DNA of 64,000 bases from assembly GCA_964016885.1 (NCBI GenBank), contig OZ024743.1, positions 33,666,001 to 33,730,000 of the forward strand. Direction: 5' to 3'. A program made the translations under genes and the position numbers. The notes under the pieces were generated by a model, which did no database searches, had not been told where the DNA came from, and saw nothing but the letters and a program-made list of their open reading frames with translations. The DNA comes from Eledone cirrhosa (taxonomy: Eukaryota). How positions within the stretch are numbered: position 1 is the stretch's first letter; the number at the start of each line of letters is the position of its first letter. Below, one piece after another: positions 14,219 through 28,494 of this stretch.

Positions 14219-14699
14219 ATCCATTAGCCTGCCGTCATAGTGGACACCACCTTGCGAGAATTGTAGTCAGTTATCTTGCCCCACTTCAGTACTTATTTTA
14301 TTTCAAAATACAGTAATTGTTTTATCAATCTAACGTGACATAAACAAAAAGTAAACATAAATGTAAACATAGACACACATACATGCAACAACAATAGCAT
14401 CATTATTTAATAGCTGTTTTCCCTGCTAGAAAGAGTTGGATGGGTTGTCACATAACAAATTAGTACTAAATCAGAGCTATTGATCTTTTAGATTGGCTGG
14501 GAATCTATGCCTCACATACATGAACTCTACAGAGTGAACCAAGTGCAATCCATCATGACACCTGCACTAGGAAGGCTGTCATGGCTGGGATCTGTGTAAT
14601 TGATTTCCCCCTTCCTTACAAAAATTGTTGGGATTGTATCTAATTAAACAATTATTGCTATTATTATTATTATCATCATCATCATTATTATTATTAGGG

Positions 14700-15170
14700 T
14701 TAGGGCTATAATAAAGTACCAGTCACGCACTGGGGTTGATTTAAGCGACTTCCCCTCCCCCCAAATTGTTTGCCTTCTGCCTATATAGGAAACCACTATT
14801 ATTATTATTAGGGAGGTTGATTGGCAGTATTGGTAGAGCGTCAGGCATTTTGCAGTATAGAGTTATGACCCTTTACATTCTGAGTTCAAATCCTGCCGAG
14901 GCTTGCTTTGCCTTTTGTCCTTACGAGGACATTAAAACAACGTACCAGTAACACACTGGAGTCTATGTAATTGACCCCCCATCACCTAAATCCCTAAATC
15001 AGAAATAATTATTAGGGTGGTGCATTGGTGGAATTGTAAGAGTGTCAGACAAAACATTTTATGGTTTTTGTTCTCGCTCTTTACATTCTAATTTCAAATC
15101 CCATTGAGGTCAACTTGACCTTACAGTCTGTTCAGCATTGATAAAATAAAATACCAATCCAGTACTTAGG
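14700..15170 (+). mobile_element. Cluster of three decayed copies of the ~190-bp SINE superfamily. Further old copies lie near 1420-1590, 8970-9100, 16155-16345, 39915-40075, 57300-57425 and 59980-60320
   Basis: Repeated GTTCAAATCC...CTTTGCCTTT...AAAGTACCAG motifs following ATTATTA runs. Confidence 0.7.
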
Positions 15171-17496
15171 TAAATATAACCATTCCTCAAAAATAAAAGA
15201 AAAATACTGGCTTTTTGCCTATATAATATCATCATCATCATCATCATTTTACGTCTGCTTTTCCCTGCTTGCAAGGGTGGGACGTATATATATATATATA
15301 TATATATGTTCATTTTAACAAGGAACATGCATTAAATAATCTCCATATGTGAAACCCTATGTTAAAACTAAACATGCTATCTCTAAGATACCATGTTTCC
15401 ACTGGTGTATGTGTGGATGTGTCTATTTGTGTCTCTGCTTACATTTGATGTTTTATGAAAATATTGATAGACATGCATATGCACACTTAAACATAATCAC
15501 ATTCATACTTATACACATACATGCATCATAGTGGAACACATTCTTAAATACATGTAACTTCCTGTATCAAATTAAGTTATTAGAGCATTGCATTAAAAAC
15601 GCTCTGGTATTTCTTCCAGTTTACTTTGCTCTGAGTAAACCTCGCCATGTGTTCTTTTGAGGTCAATAATATACCAGTCTAGTACTGAAAACAATTCCCT
15701 TGTTCACTGGAAGAAATTGACTGTGTGCAAACCAGGAGAGGGATGGGCGTTGGCAGGTTTTTAAAAGCCTAAGTGAATCAAAATAACTCCCCTAAAACAC
15801 CATCAGCATTTAAGGGGTCCCTTCTTCAAATTGGTAGAGCATAAGTCGATGTCTAATTTGGTTATGTCCCATTTAATAAAAGCTATAAAAGTTTTATATT
15901 TGAATTCCAATTTCACCATGACTGACTTTGATTTTTTTGTCTTCCCAGGGTTAAAATAAATACCTGTTACGTTCTTGTGTTGATTAATCTTTCAATACCA
16001 AATCACCTGAAACTAACCCTGGTTCTACTATATGAAACTATTCCTTTTAAATTATTCATAATTCTATAAAAACTTTCCATCATAAGAACCTTTGTTAAAT
16101 TATGCTCTAAACATCAGCTTGATAATGGGAAAGTAATTATTAATAATTCTTAGAGTAGTGGGTTGGTAATATCGGTAGAGCATCGGACCACATGCTTTGG
16201 GACATTCCTTTAGTTCTGAGTTCAAATCCAACCAAGGTTTGTTTTGGGAGTCATTAAAATAAAGCACCAGTAATGCACTGGAGTCAATTTAATCGACTTT
16301 CCCTTCCCTCCAAATTGTTAGCCTTGTGCCTAAATCAGAAAACATATTCAATAATTCTTGATTGTTTTCACAAACTATAAAACTCTCTTAGTTCTTGGTT
16401 ATTTTCACAAACTACAACACTCTAAATTTTTTGTTGTTTTCAAAAACTATAGGCAGTGTCTTTCATTAGAAATATGATAACAAAAGGGTTAAATTGTGTT
16501 AGGAATCTTTTGTTTTTGTTATTTCTGCTTATGCCATTTTTCTGTTGATAATTGTATCTAAATTAGATACACCATCTGTGTATCTAAATATCTGTGAAAG
16601 CACATGACATTGTGTTTAGGGTGTTGGGTTTACAATTATAGGTGAACTGGTTGGATTCTATGACTGAGCAGTATTTTGTGTCCTTGAGCAAAACATTTCA
16701 TTTCACATTACCCTAATTTAGCTGAGAAAGAAATAAGTACCAGCTGTGGTGGGGGAACTAATCCCTCTATAGATTAGCATATTGTCCAGTGAGGGTTGTC
16801 TACTTTCAGTCACATAAGTCTTAAAATCCTCTTCCACATGAAAATACATTAGCAAGATATTCGAGAGAGAGAAAGAAAGAGAGAGAACAGAACTATGAGG
16901 GGTTGAAGTCCTTATGCTAATGCTTTAAAATTTCCTAACAAACTGAAAACTAATAAAGATACCATAGACATTTGAATTAACAAACCCATTTTTTGAAATG
17001 CTCTGCTAAATTATTACAGAGTATTAAAATCTAATGCAAATGAAACTGGGATAAATACAGGTTTGATGGGCCAATGAGTTTGGGACAGCCTTCATTTTAA
17101 ATAACTCCTCACACAACTACATTTATAGTTATGTTATCAGAATTCACAGACGCTGCTATTATTCTCATGGCATTTTACCATTGTTTTTGTTTTCATTTAT
17201 GATGTATTCAGCTAGTTGATCAGTCACAACAACATGAACAACAAAATCCACAGCAATCCTCTATATGTCTAGAAGAGTGAATGAATGTAGATAGTATCAC
17301 TATGATTTGTTTTCTGTGATTACTAATGCCACTTTATGGACATTGTAATCCTAGATATTGTACTAGATAATGTATTTCACTCCAAAGGGATGTATCATTT
17401 TGTCAGATCACTTATGTGTTTGAATTTAGGTAGTATTTGTTTTGTTTTATCATAGCCATATATTAGCATATTTCAATCCCCACCTCTCTCTAAATA

Positions 17497-17498
<2 letters not shown>

Positions 17499-17527
<29 letters not shown>

Positions 17528-17705
17528 TGTATGTATGTATGTATGTATGTATGTATGTATGTATGTATGTATGTATGTATGTATGTATGTATGTATGTAT
17601 GTATGTATGTATGTATGTATGTATGTATGTATGTATGTATGTATGTATGTATGTATGTATGTATGTATGTATGTATGTATGTATGTATGTATGTATGTAT
17701 GTATG
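17499..17705. repeat. (ATGT)n microsatellite
   Basis: About 50 perfect units. Confidence 0.98.
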
Positions 17706-17940
17706 TTATCTCTTTCTCTTAATTTCGAGTATATTTTTTTTGGCCGGCCACCTTCCTGGTGGCAAGGTTGTAAAAGAAAAGAAATTGTCATTCCTTGAAT
17801 CGCAAGAATGTTTTGCAAATTTTGAAGGTGCCAGCTATCGCAGCCGTATGTATGTATGTAAAAAGTAAATAGAAATAACAAAGCCAACGACACTGTACAA
17901 TGAAGAAATATATTTAAAACTTGAAATAACAGGAAAACAG

Positions 17941-17976
17941 TCTTAACGTTTCGGGCACTAGTCCTTCATCAGAAGA
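17941..17976 (-). ncRNA. Minimal type-I hammerhead ribozyme-like motif in a Penelope-like terminal repeat (about 17920-18080)
   Basis: Minus strand TCTT-CTGATGA-aggactagtgccc-GAAA-CG-TT-AAGA: core boxes, 4-bp stem I, palindromic AACGTT stem III. A more degenerate homolog lies at about 521-556 with the same purine-rich flank. Confidence 0.6.
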
Positions 17977-18929
17977 AAGAATGAGAAATATAAGATGAAA
18001 GAGAAAGTTAGTGAGAAGAGGAACAGAAAATAAATTAAGAAAAAAGCACATGCTCATATTCAGTCAGCCACTTTGGAGAGCTTCTAATTACCATATATAT
18101 ATATATATAAATAATAATAATAATAATAATAATGAGTATAACCGAAGTTGCAGCTGCAAGTAGCAGATTCGCAATCTCTCTCTATCTCTCCCCCCTCTCT
18201 CTCTCTCTATTTTAAATTAAGGTTTTTTTTTATATGACCCACAAGGGTAAAAATATAGGAAAAGGGAGTTGAAAATGCAAATTGAAGTCTTTCAGAAGGT
18301 TTATTAACAATAATTTATGACTTTTACCGCTTTCACAAGTTTCATGATTTTCAAAAGTCGAAAGAGATGGTGAAATGTTCGGTTATGTCGACTTCTATTT
18401 CACATCTAATTGATGTTGGGAATTTCTTTCAGTTTTACACAAAAAAAAAAAAAAAAATGGCACAGATTGTTATACGTTTGAATTACAATTTGGTAGGTTG
18501 ACGAAAATCATGTGATTAGACATAGAATTTTTTTTTGTTAATTTCACTCCGAAAATTCGGGAGATTTCATTCAAGTTTTTGCAGAAAAGTGGCTAAAGTT
18601 TAAAGTATAATTTGATAGGCTGAGAGTAATTATGTGATTAGTTTGGTGATACTTTAGACAGTGACAATTCAAACCTGCTGTACTCAGTCAATTGCAGTTC
18701 TTATTGTTCTTGTGGCAAGCCCCAAAATTCAAAAGTATAGGAATTTTATTTATGTATGTGTTTATGTGTGTATTATCATTGCTTTGCACCCACTTATCCA
18801 TGCTGGCATGGGTTGGATTTTGAGGCAATGTTTTACAGCTGGATGCCATCACTTTTAGTTTGACTACACTATTCTAAAAACTGTTATACTCACAGCAAAT
18901 ATGTATGTATATATATATATATATATATA

Positions 18930-19283
18930 TCATCATCATTACTGTTTTACGTCCATTCTTCCATGCTAGCATGGGTTAGATGGGTTGTCCTGTCGTGGGC
19001 TGACCTTGTCTTTCTCATACAGGAACTGATTCTGGCTTGATTTCTACGGCTGGATGCCCTTCTTAACACCAAACTCATTTACAGTGAGTGCTGGGTGCTT
19101 TTTTTTTGTGGTGCCTACACGTCCACTTTACAGAAGTGGGCTGGGTGCTTTTTTGCCGTGGCACCTCCACGACCACTTTGCAGTGGGAGGGGGTGGGAGC
19201 ATATTGTCTATATGCTTCAGCTTCGGCTTGTACCAGTGGAAAGTCAAGTCTTCTGTATTACTACATGACGCCAGAGGTCACGG
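18930..19283 (-). mobile_element. 5'-truncated copy of the RTE LINE (ORF end, 3' UTR and tail)
   Basis: Reverse-complement match to about 30795-31154. Confidence 0.9.
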
Positions 19284-20150
19284 ATATATATATATATATA
19301 TATGTATTTATATACAAGTACGTGTGTGTATATATATATATAATATTTAATATAGTAATGGCTTCTATAGGACTAGAACAGTTTCATTCAAACAAAATCA
19401 TTAGGAACTCCCCCCCCCTCGCTCTCTCTCACACCCACACACTTAAACATACATACACACATGCATACAAAGATTTATATATACATATATGCACATAGAA
19501 ACATATAAGTGTTTCCTGTGTATATGAAGGAATTACTTTTACATATGATAAAATCAGTGATTTCTGGTTGTTAAGCTACCCTATATAATTTTAAAACATT
19601 TTTATAGTAGACGATCTTGGTATGTAGTCACCATTTGCTTTCTAGCCAAACATTATTCTATACAGAATACAGTTATACAGAAAAGACCTAATCATGTTCT
19701 TCATAGTAACTGAAAATTGATCATGCGATGCAGTACTAGTTGCAGAACATGACTTTTAGCTTCTAATTACCATATCTCAACCAAAACATCTACGGTGCTT
19801 GTAAGCTCACACATGAGTATATTCATATATTCATATTAGGAAGGAATAAGTGTATATTTAATTAAAGTCCTATTGAAAATTCTTCTACATGTGTTTAAGA
19901 TGAAATTGCTAATGTCTTCCCCCAATAAATTGGTGTTCATATGATGTGGTGAATAATTTAAGTTTGGCAATATCACTTATGAAATACCTTTTATTGAATG
20001 TTTCTAATAATGGATTTACATTCCACTTGCTGACTAGTGGAATTAATCGAATGAATCTTTAAATTTCAACAATCGCTAGGGGCTCTGGAACTCGGTAGGT
20101 AAGAGGGAAATAGGGTTGACTGATGATCATCATGATATGTAAAATTATGT

Positions 20151-20362
20151 TTAACCCTTTAGCATTTACATTACTCCATATTTATTGTATTTTTGTGGTA
20201 AAGCCTTTTTCTAACATAAATATCCCACATAATATCGAATCCTTGAGATTTTGGTATTATTTATTTTGAGAACAATACCTTAACATCTGTATGAGCAGTT
20301 TGAACAGAAATAGGTGAGAGAATTCTGGCCAGATATGGCCGGTTTATATACTAAAAGGTTAA
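20151..20362 (-). mobile_element. TTAA-ended MITE family A
   Basis: TTAACCCTTTAGCATTTAC ... CTAAAAGGTTAA; body reversed. Confidence 0.85.
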
Positions 20363-20502
20363 AGAGAATTGTGAATAATCTGACTATATTTGCCTATGTT
20401 TAGCTGTCTTACCTATTTTTGTGTCGGGTCCTATGTTTGTATTGTGTGGATGCATGCACTATTAGGATATAAATTCATATCAGTATTTAAACAGTACATG
20501 AT

Positions 20503-20703
20503 TTAACCCCTTTAGCATTTACAATACTCTATATTTACTATTGTATTTTCATGGTAAACACTTTATTTCACATAATCGTGATTCTACGAGATTTTGATAT
20601 TATTTATTTTGAGAACAGTATCTTAACGTCAGTATGAGCGGCTAGTTACGGCTTGTTAGAACAGAAAGAGGTGAGAGAATTCTAGCCGGTTTAAATGCTA
20701 AAG
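20503..20703 (-). mobile_element. TTAA-ended MITE family A
   Basis: Body reversed; right TIR truncated after GCTAAAG. Confidence 0.85.
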
Positions 20704-22408
20704 CTCTCCAACCTTTTCATTCCACAGATAAATACATAGATTAGACATGTTTACAATTTTTGCAGCTTCAGTTAACTCATATACTGATTGTGTATAGGCA
20801 TGAGTATACTTCAGCTGCTTCTTGCATATTTTAACTATTTTGATTGGAAAGTGTTGCGCTGTATACCCTGTAGTTTGTTATAGACAGATATTGCTTGTCT
20901 GTGTTATGTCCAGAAAAAAATATAATTATTTAGTGAAGTGTGTGTAGAATAATATTTAGAGCTTAACACTATTGGTTAACTATAGAATGTTAAAAGGTTA
21001 TTAGTCACGAGGTCTCTAAATATTTAAATTTTCTTCATAAAGTACTTTCTTTAGAAGTGTATTTAGTTTTTCTCATGAATAAATTTACTCTGACAAAATG
21101 AAAAATAAGAATGTGAATGATAAGAAGCAGTAGAAAGATTTTTTTTTTTTTGTATTTGTAATGTATAGTAAAAAAAAAAAAAAAAAATGATGCAAAGACA
21201 TTAGTCATTATTATAGCAATATATAAGAATATTCCAAATTATAAAAATAAATTATTTTTTATTAAATTTGTAATACTTTTTTCATAAAGATTTCTGGTTA
21301 ATTTTATGGTCCATAGTTAAGGAAATTGTCAAATATTAAATATATAAGAAACATGAATGTGAAAGGAGCCATTTTCTTTTCTAGAATTATCTGTTCTCAT
21401 TTTAGTTTCAAACTTCAAAGCAATGATTTCTATCCAATGATAGAATCATTGGATAGATTTTCTTCCTTAATGTCGTTATGTTTATTGGAGATTATTCTTC
21501 TTGAATGATTTTAAGAGAATGGTATTTGAGATATTGAATAGGTGAAGATACTTAATTGGAAAAAGTCTAGAAAATGTTCAATATTTCCTTAGAGACTATT
21601 ATATATATATATCCATATTATAAGTGTTGCAGTTAATAAATAATAAGAAAAATGTGTAACATTTAATGATTTTCATACCACCCTCAGCTGATAAACACCT
21701 ATCCTTAGATAAATGCGAAAAAAGAAAAAGAAAAAAATTACAAAAATAGTTAACTGCAGTATCCTCTTCTCTGTAACTATAGCATCCTTTTCCATTGATA
21801 TTTACCAAATATCTATTTCACACTCACTAAACACACACACACATACATGATGAATATGTGTGTTTATAGAAAGGATTTTTCATATTTAACAACCCTTCAA
21901 GTATATATTTGGTATAGAGATATGTTTGTTATATTACATGGTATGTCATTAGAGTCAGTTTCTTTTGTGATAAAATACACTCTGAAAAGGGGATGGCATT
22001 AGGAAGGATACCAAGCTGTAGAAATTGTCTCAAATATGAAACATTCTCTGACCTGTCAACTCTCAAACCATAACAATCCATGCCAGCATGGAGAACAGAT
22101 GTATGATATTGATGATTGCATGCATAAAAGCCAGTGATAGAAAAGGAAAATAATGAAAATGCCTATCAATAAATTTTCATTTAGATGTATAGTTTAGCAT
22201 CATATACTTTCTACTTTTAAAACAGCATTAAAAACAAACTGGGAAAATCCATTCTGAATTATACCAATCCTGCCTGGATCTGTGCTCTCTCTACAACAAA
22301 CCACAAATTCCCCAAATTCTATATCATCTCTAATCATACATAGGCCATGCCCACAGACCACTTATGAAAAAAAGATATCAGAGGTTTAATTCGCTTCTGC
22401 AGGAAGCA

Positions 22409-22637
22409 TTAACCCTTTCGCATTTAAACCGGCCATATTCGACCAGAATTCTCTCACCTCTTTCTGTTCAAACCGGCTGTAACTGGCCACTCATACTGAT
22501 ATTAAGGTATTGTTCTAAAAATAAATCACATTGAAATCTCATAGATTCAACATTATGTAAGATGATTATGTGACATAAAGCCTTTGCTGTGAAAATACAA
22601 TAGTATATATAGAGTAATGTAGATGCTAAAGGGTTAA
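22409..22637 (+). mobile_element. TTAA-ended MITE family A
   Basis: TTAACCCTTTCGCATTTA ... TGCTAAAGGGTTAA. Confidence 0.9.
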
Positions 22638-22837
22638 TCCTCCTCCTACTTGACATATTAGCGCCAATCATCCCTGACCAAGATTTGGTGCTTCAGAATA
22701 GTGTGTGGGTAATCAAATTTGCAATAATTCAAAGATGAAGTTTCAGAATAAGTATATCACTGTATTTTTTATAAATCTGAAAGTGTACTATCTTTGACCA
22801 TAAAATTTACAGCAACTAACGAAACCCATCTATTCCT

Positions 22838-22906
22838 AAATAAAGTTTTTCCAATATGAAAATAAAGTTTTTCCAATATGAAAATAAAGTTTTTCCAATA
22901 TGAAAA
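22838..22906. repeat. 22-bp tandem repeat, three copies
   Basis: AAATAAAGTTTTTCCAATATGA occurs three times, perfectly. Confidence 0.95.
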
Positions 22907-22910
22907 CTGC

Positions 22911-22945
<35 letters not shown>

Positions 22946-23025
22946 GTTTTAACATTGCAAAACATTTGGTTTAATGTATATAATACTTTTTATGTTTATG
23001 GGCATTATTTCATGTCCTTGTATTT

Positions 23026-23213
23026 AGTGGATTGGCAGTATAGGTAGAGGGTCGGATGCCATTCTTTGCAGCATAGACTTACGGCCCTTTATGGACTGAT
23101 TTCAAATCTTGCCAAGGTTAACTTTGCCTTTCATCCTTACAGGAACGATAAAATAAAATACCAGTAATGCACTGGGGTAATTGCTGGCCTTGTGCCAAAA
23201 GTAGAAACAATTA
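23026..23213 (+). mobile_element. Same ~190-bp SINE family
   Basis: Full homology to 45961-46150; flanking duplication ATTATTTCATGT. Confidence 0.85.
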
Positions 23214-26200
23214 TTTCATGTGTTTGTTGAAATTAATAATAAATGAGATCTATTGATTTAATTGAAACTAAACCTATTATCAACATAGTTGCAACTCTAC
23301 ATCGGCGATTGCTCTTATCTGGTTATAAACAGTTCTTCAAACAATTCCCAAGTTGGCCATATTACTATTAATTATTCCCATGATTCAAATGATTGCACTA
23401 CAGTTAATGATTTTTCTGTGACATTGTGTGAATTGAAACAGAAAATGTGCAGAAACCTTTAATCTATCACTTAAGAAACTTTAAACAAATTACTTAAACT
23501 CTAAAACAATATATACAATTCTAAACAAACTATAACTGTTGTAATAGCATTACTCAACAGAGAAAAGAAATTATATCTATTATATAACCACACACACATT
23601 GATATTACTAAACTGGTAAATTATATGTTTATAGCTATATATACATTTTTACAGATTAACACAAAGGCATATGTTGGTGTTGTTCATAGGAACATTGTAA
23701 ACAAATCTACATACATATAAATATGTGTTTATGGAGTATGTATTAATTTCATGAGTATTTTCTCTTAGATTTAATATTCTTAGCAATTTTAATATTAAGT
23801 ATTTTATTGATATATACAAAAATATTTCCATTATTTTCCAATACCAAATATTTGAATTGTTTTATTGTATTAAATTTTATTATTATTAATGTTGCTGAAA
23901 TTTATTGTAAATATATTTTCTCATATATATATAACCTGTTTATATCACCTTCCTGCTCTCCCATTCTATTTTGTCCACTGATCTAATATTGTGAATCACT
24001 CCCCAGCCATCTAACCTTGCCTTCAATAATATCTAATAGATATTTCTGTATATTTATTATTTGTTTACATTGTGTGTTATAAATGTTAGATATGTGTGTT
24101 ATAAATGTTAGATATGTATTTGGCATTTTTGGATCTGGAAAGGTCTATGTTATCTAGGGAAGCTAAGTGTAGACAAGTGGCTTGTGAGGGTTTGTCAGGA
24201 TCATGTGTGAAGATAAAATTAGCTGGATGAGATTTGGTAGTGGTCACAGTGATAAATTTGAAACCTCCAGCCCACTTCTGTTTATTATTGTTCTTCAGGC
24301 CATCATGGGAGTATTTGTGATTGGCATTCAGTGCAAACTTAGGTCTGTATAGCTCAATATATGGATGAGTTGGAGGCAAAATTCTAGACATGCAGGTTGA
24401 ATCTGGAATTGAATGACATGAAAGTATTATTAGTGAAACCTAAGTTCTTAATATGTGGGAAGGACCGGAACCTGGTACCATCAGGGAAGTGATCTTGTTC
24501 AATATGTCAAATAGAGGTGGGAAGAAGATCTATAAGGTGCACACAGTGTAACCTATGGGCATGCAGGAGGTGTAGTGGGATTAAGGTAGGTTAGGTTAGT
24601 AAACTGTCAGAGCATGCCTGAAACAGATTCTCTCAATTGTTTAGAAGGCACCTTAGAGGTTGTTGTGGGGCTGGTGGATGCTCTGAAAGTGTGGTTTTGG
24701 GAATAAGAATAGTCTTGTAAAAGGTGAATAATATGGATTTTTTAAAATATCTTAGAGAGATCTGAACAGTTTATACTTAGTATTCTGGTGTCTAGTTAAT
24801 GAAATCTGGTTACTTTTATGGAAACACCTGTTTAAGGTTATTTTCTATTGCTAAAGCAGGGGTTAGCCTTGCAGACCCCTTGAAAGGCTCCATGTTCATC
24901 ACACAGCTTTTTTTTTAAGCAATGTTTTATGGCGAGATGCCTTTCTTGGTGCAGGGATACAGTGTAACTATTCACAATCAGATACACATAGCAGTTATTT
25001 TTAATGAAAAGAATATAAATATATACCAAAATCTATATTCTTGACTGTGTGAACCTTTCTTTCTTTGTATATAGAACAACTTCCATGTTAAAATGTTTAA
25101 GCTAATTTTGAAATATAAAAAAAAAAATCACATTTAGAAATTTAAAAAAAATGACATTTAGAAATAAAAAAAAATCAAATGCCAATATTGTTCATGTAAC
25201 ATTAAAAATATATCCTTTTCAGGTTATTCCCATCTCATCTAAATTTAGTAAAAAATTGAATGATTGCTTTCAAATAATACATTATCATGCAAATATAACA
25301 ATTAAAATATATTGATAGCAATGTGGAAATTTCATAAAATCTGGTTAAATTTGAGCTGCTTAAGGAAATGTGAGCCATATCAGAAGCATGGATTTCATTA
25401 ATCTTTGAATATCATTAACTTTCAGGCTAATTTCATTACAAGAAAGAGCTAAATTCCTGAACATTTTTCAAAATGTTTTTCTCAGTTTCAATCAATATAA
25501 ATAAAACCTGTGTGTATTGAATGAATACAGAAATGGACGGGTAGTAGTATGAGACTGAATGGAGTACACAGTATTGGCAATAAATATTTTCACTACTGGG
25601 ATATTTGAACATTGTAAAATAGAAATAAGAAAACAAAGGCTATTTGAACTGCCATCACCTTGATGTGAGGTTAGATTAGTCACAAGAGAGTGACCATGGG
25701 ATGTGATGTGAGGTTATATTAGTCTCAAGAGAACAGCCACAGGAGGTGATTTAACCACAAAGAGCTAAACATCAACTAAACATTATTTTGATGAAACTAC
25801 TCATATGGAACTCTATCTTTTTAATGTTTTATCCGAGCTTACTTTGCTTTCAGCCATCTTTATTCAGTGTAATATAATCGATACTATCAATAGAAAGATA
25901 AGCACAATCAAATGGGATATAACCAAAATGGGCAGAACTATTCATCTTCCTACAATACTTCAACTTGAATCTCAACAAAATCAGATTTCAAGCTATCATT
26001 GAGAGAGGTTGATTTTTAGAATATACTACCACACCCTGTTTTTACCATAATTTTATCAAATTATTTTGTTTTGAATTTCTGAATTTTGTAAATTTTATAT
26101 GATATTGTTTTGGTCTTATTTATCATAGATAGCATAGAATAGAATTGACATTTTAATCTGTCAGAGTACTGATTTCTATAGTTAGTATAAGAAAAGTTCT

Positions 26201-27289
26201 CAAGAAGTACTATACTATTACTGTGACATACAAGAACAGTAGTGAAAGAAACATTGAATCATCCTATGTAGTTTGTAATACACAATAAAGAAGTTACGTT
26301 TGTTAAGTTTTTCTATCTACCAATCAAATGCGATGCAGTTGGGAAAGTTTGTGAAAAGAGTTACCAACTTGTTATTACATGCAATAGCTATTCAAAACTA
26401 CTGCATCTATTGTTTGTGCATAGAAATCTACATGCAACTATTAATGTTGTAGATTATGTCTGTTTTTTCTGTGATTTGTTTTGTCCTTGTACATAAGTCC
26501 TGAACAAGAAGAATAGAGCCTTTATCTCAAGTACTTTAAAAGCAAGCAAAAAATTATCTTTTTGCGTATGAAAACTAGGAAAATCGTTTCTAAGGAGATG
26601 AAATAATATTAGTTATTTACATTATTGTCTACATTTATCACTTAATTAGCTTTGATGGTACTTAATAGTATAATAAATCTTATAATGTGCTTATTCAAGT
26701 CTAATAATGTATTCATACAGTAAAATGTTTATCGAAGCAAAGCTATCGTTAAAATAGGTCCTTTACATCCAGAAACATTATTCATCTGAATAAGCAAACT
26801 TCTATCATTGAATTGGTAACAATGTTAAATAAAACTGATCACATGACCAATGGCTTGAGTCACATAATATAGTAAGATTGGGAAGAATATACCTGCCTCA
26901 GTTGCTAAACGTGATTTGAAATTATTAAGAAAATTGAGTAATCCCTCCCAGTGGGGGAAAAAAAAAAAATCTTACACTTTCTTTCTGGATGGCCACCACT
27001 GACTTCCCTCCCCTGAACAACATTATGATATTTTGACACTAGTTCTATAAGCAGAATATTGAAAATCAATAGTTATTTTAACATGCCCAAACAAAAAATT
27101 GCTCTAAGTTTATAAATAATTAAGATAAAGACATGAAATTTTCAGTGAAGACTCAAACCAAATTTTTTTAAAGATATTTACATTTCATTAAATTAAATTT
27201 AAAAAGAATCAGTATCATAAAATATGAACAAAATCATGAAAAAGCATTATTTTATTTAACTCTTAACACACATATATATATATATACCT

Positions 27290-28285
27290 GGAAATTTCTG
27301 TCTGTCATGTCAAGGATGGCCATGGGCTGGATTCTGGGTGACATCAGAAATATGGAAATATTGAGTCAGTTTATCTAACTTGTTTCTGGTAATTAAACCC
27401 CTGATCCCTGAAGACAGATATAAGTTGTCTTTCAAGAAATACATACCCTGATTTAGTACAGAAACAATCCCCATCATTATTTGAAAGGCAATATAGGCCC
27501 TCATTTGCAGATGTGCCACACCACTTTGAATCACGTTCTTTCAACTCAGCATATTTGTTGGTTTTATTGGCCATCAAGTCGAATAATTCAGGATTAAATA
27601 ACAAACTCTGAGAAAAAAGAAATAGATTTTTTTCTTTCTGAGATATTTATCGGTCTGGGATTTCATTTGAATATATTAACATTAACTTCTGAAAACCAAT
27701 CACACCCTTCTGAAGTCAGTCCATCATCACCGCTGTCAACTCGGTTCCTGTGCAAATTCATCATTGATCTTCATCAGAGTAAAATTCAGAAATTAAATCA
27801 ATATCTGATAAATTCTCTTCATTTTCCAAATATGTATGGGCAGGGCATGGTCACCTGACCTGGTATTTCTCACAACTGGACAACTTATCTAACCCATGCT
27901 AGTGTGGAAAAATGGCTGTTAAACGATGATGATGATGATTTCATAGGTTTTTCTGCTCCATCTACCTCAGTTTCTGTAAATCATTGGAAAATATAATCAC
28001 TTTCACTATCCTACACCATATTTGTTTAAAAATAATTTCCTTCTAAAAACAATGTGGTTCTCCCTCTCTCACATGTAACTCATATTTGACTACCACGATG
28101 CTAAAATTATTCATAAAACACTCCCTGATTGGTTTAAATTAAGCATAGCTTCTAATTCAATCAATCACTGAGCATTTTACATTAGAAATGAACACACTTC
28201 AAAGCAGGACTACAGGCGGGATTCAACTCAGAATAAATTTTAATGTCACGACTATAGTTGGGATCAGGGAAGAAATTCATTCAGT
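27290..28285 (-). mobile_element. piggyBac (PGBD4-like) transposase remnant, interrupted by an RTE tail at about 27838-27938
   Basis: Frameshifted LFNPELFDLMANKTNKYAE..W..TSANE / MRAYIAFQIMMGI...YF...ITRNKLDKLTQYFHISD matches the N-terminal DDE_Tnp_1_7 pattern (TN.YA, EM.AF.G..I.MG, RF..I...LHF.D). An acidic N-terminus lies near 28020. Confidence 0.8.
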
Positions 28286-28494
28286 GTTGTTAAACATTTA
28301 CAATGAGTTACAGAATTGTCAGTTTAACCCTTTGATTTGAGACAATGCCAAAATATTCTGTCTAATGCCATAGACACATTTCTTGGGATTTTATATGAGG
28401 ACATTGTTGCATAATAATGTTAAATACTGATTTAATGTCATGTTATAGCACACTTTCTGTTTTTATTTATTTTTGTTTTTACCTGCAATAGTCT

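Noticed and set aside
19960-20103. Donor-like GGTAGGTAAG after unique sequence
   Set aside because: All three frames have nearby stops; at most a non-coding exon, and unsupported.
24130-24800. 101-aa minus-strand ORF in a less AT-rich patch
   Set aside because: No convincing motif. Possibly an old LINE endonuclease remnant, but not supportable by eye.
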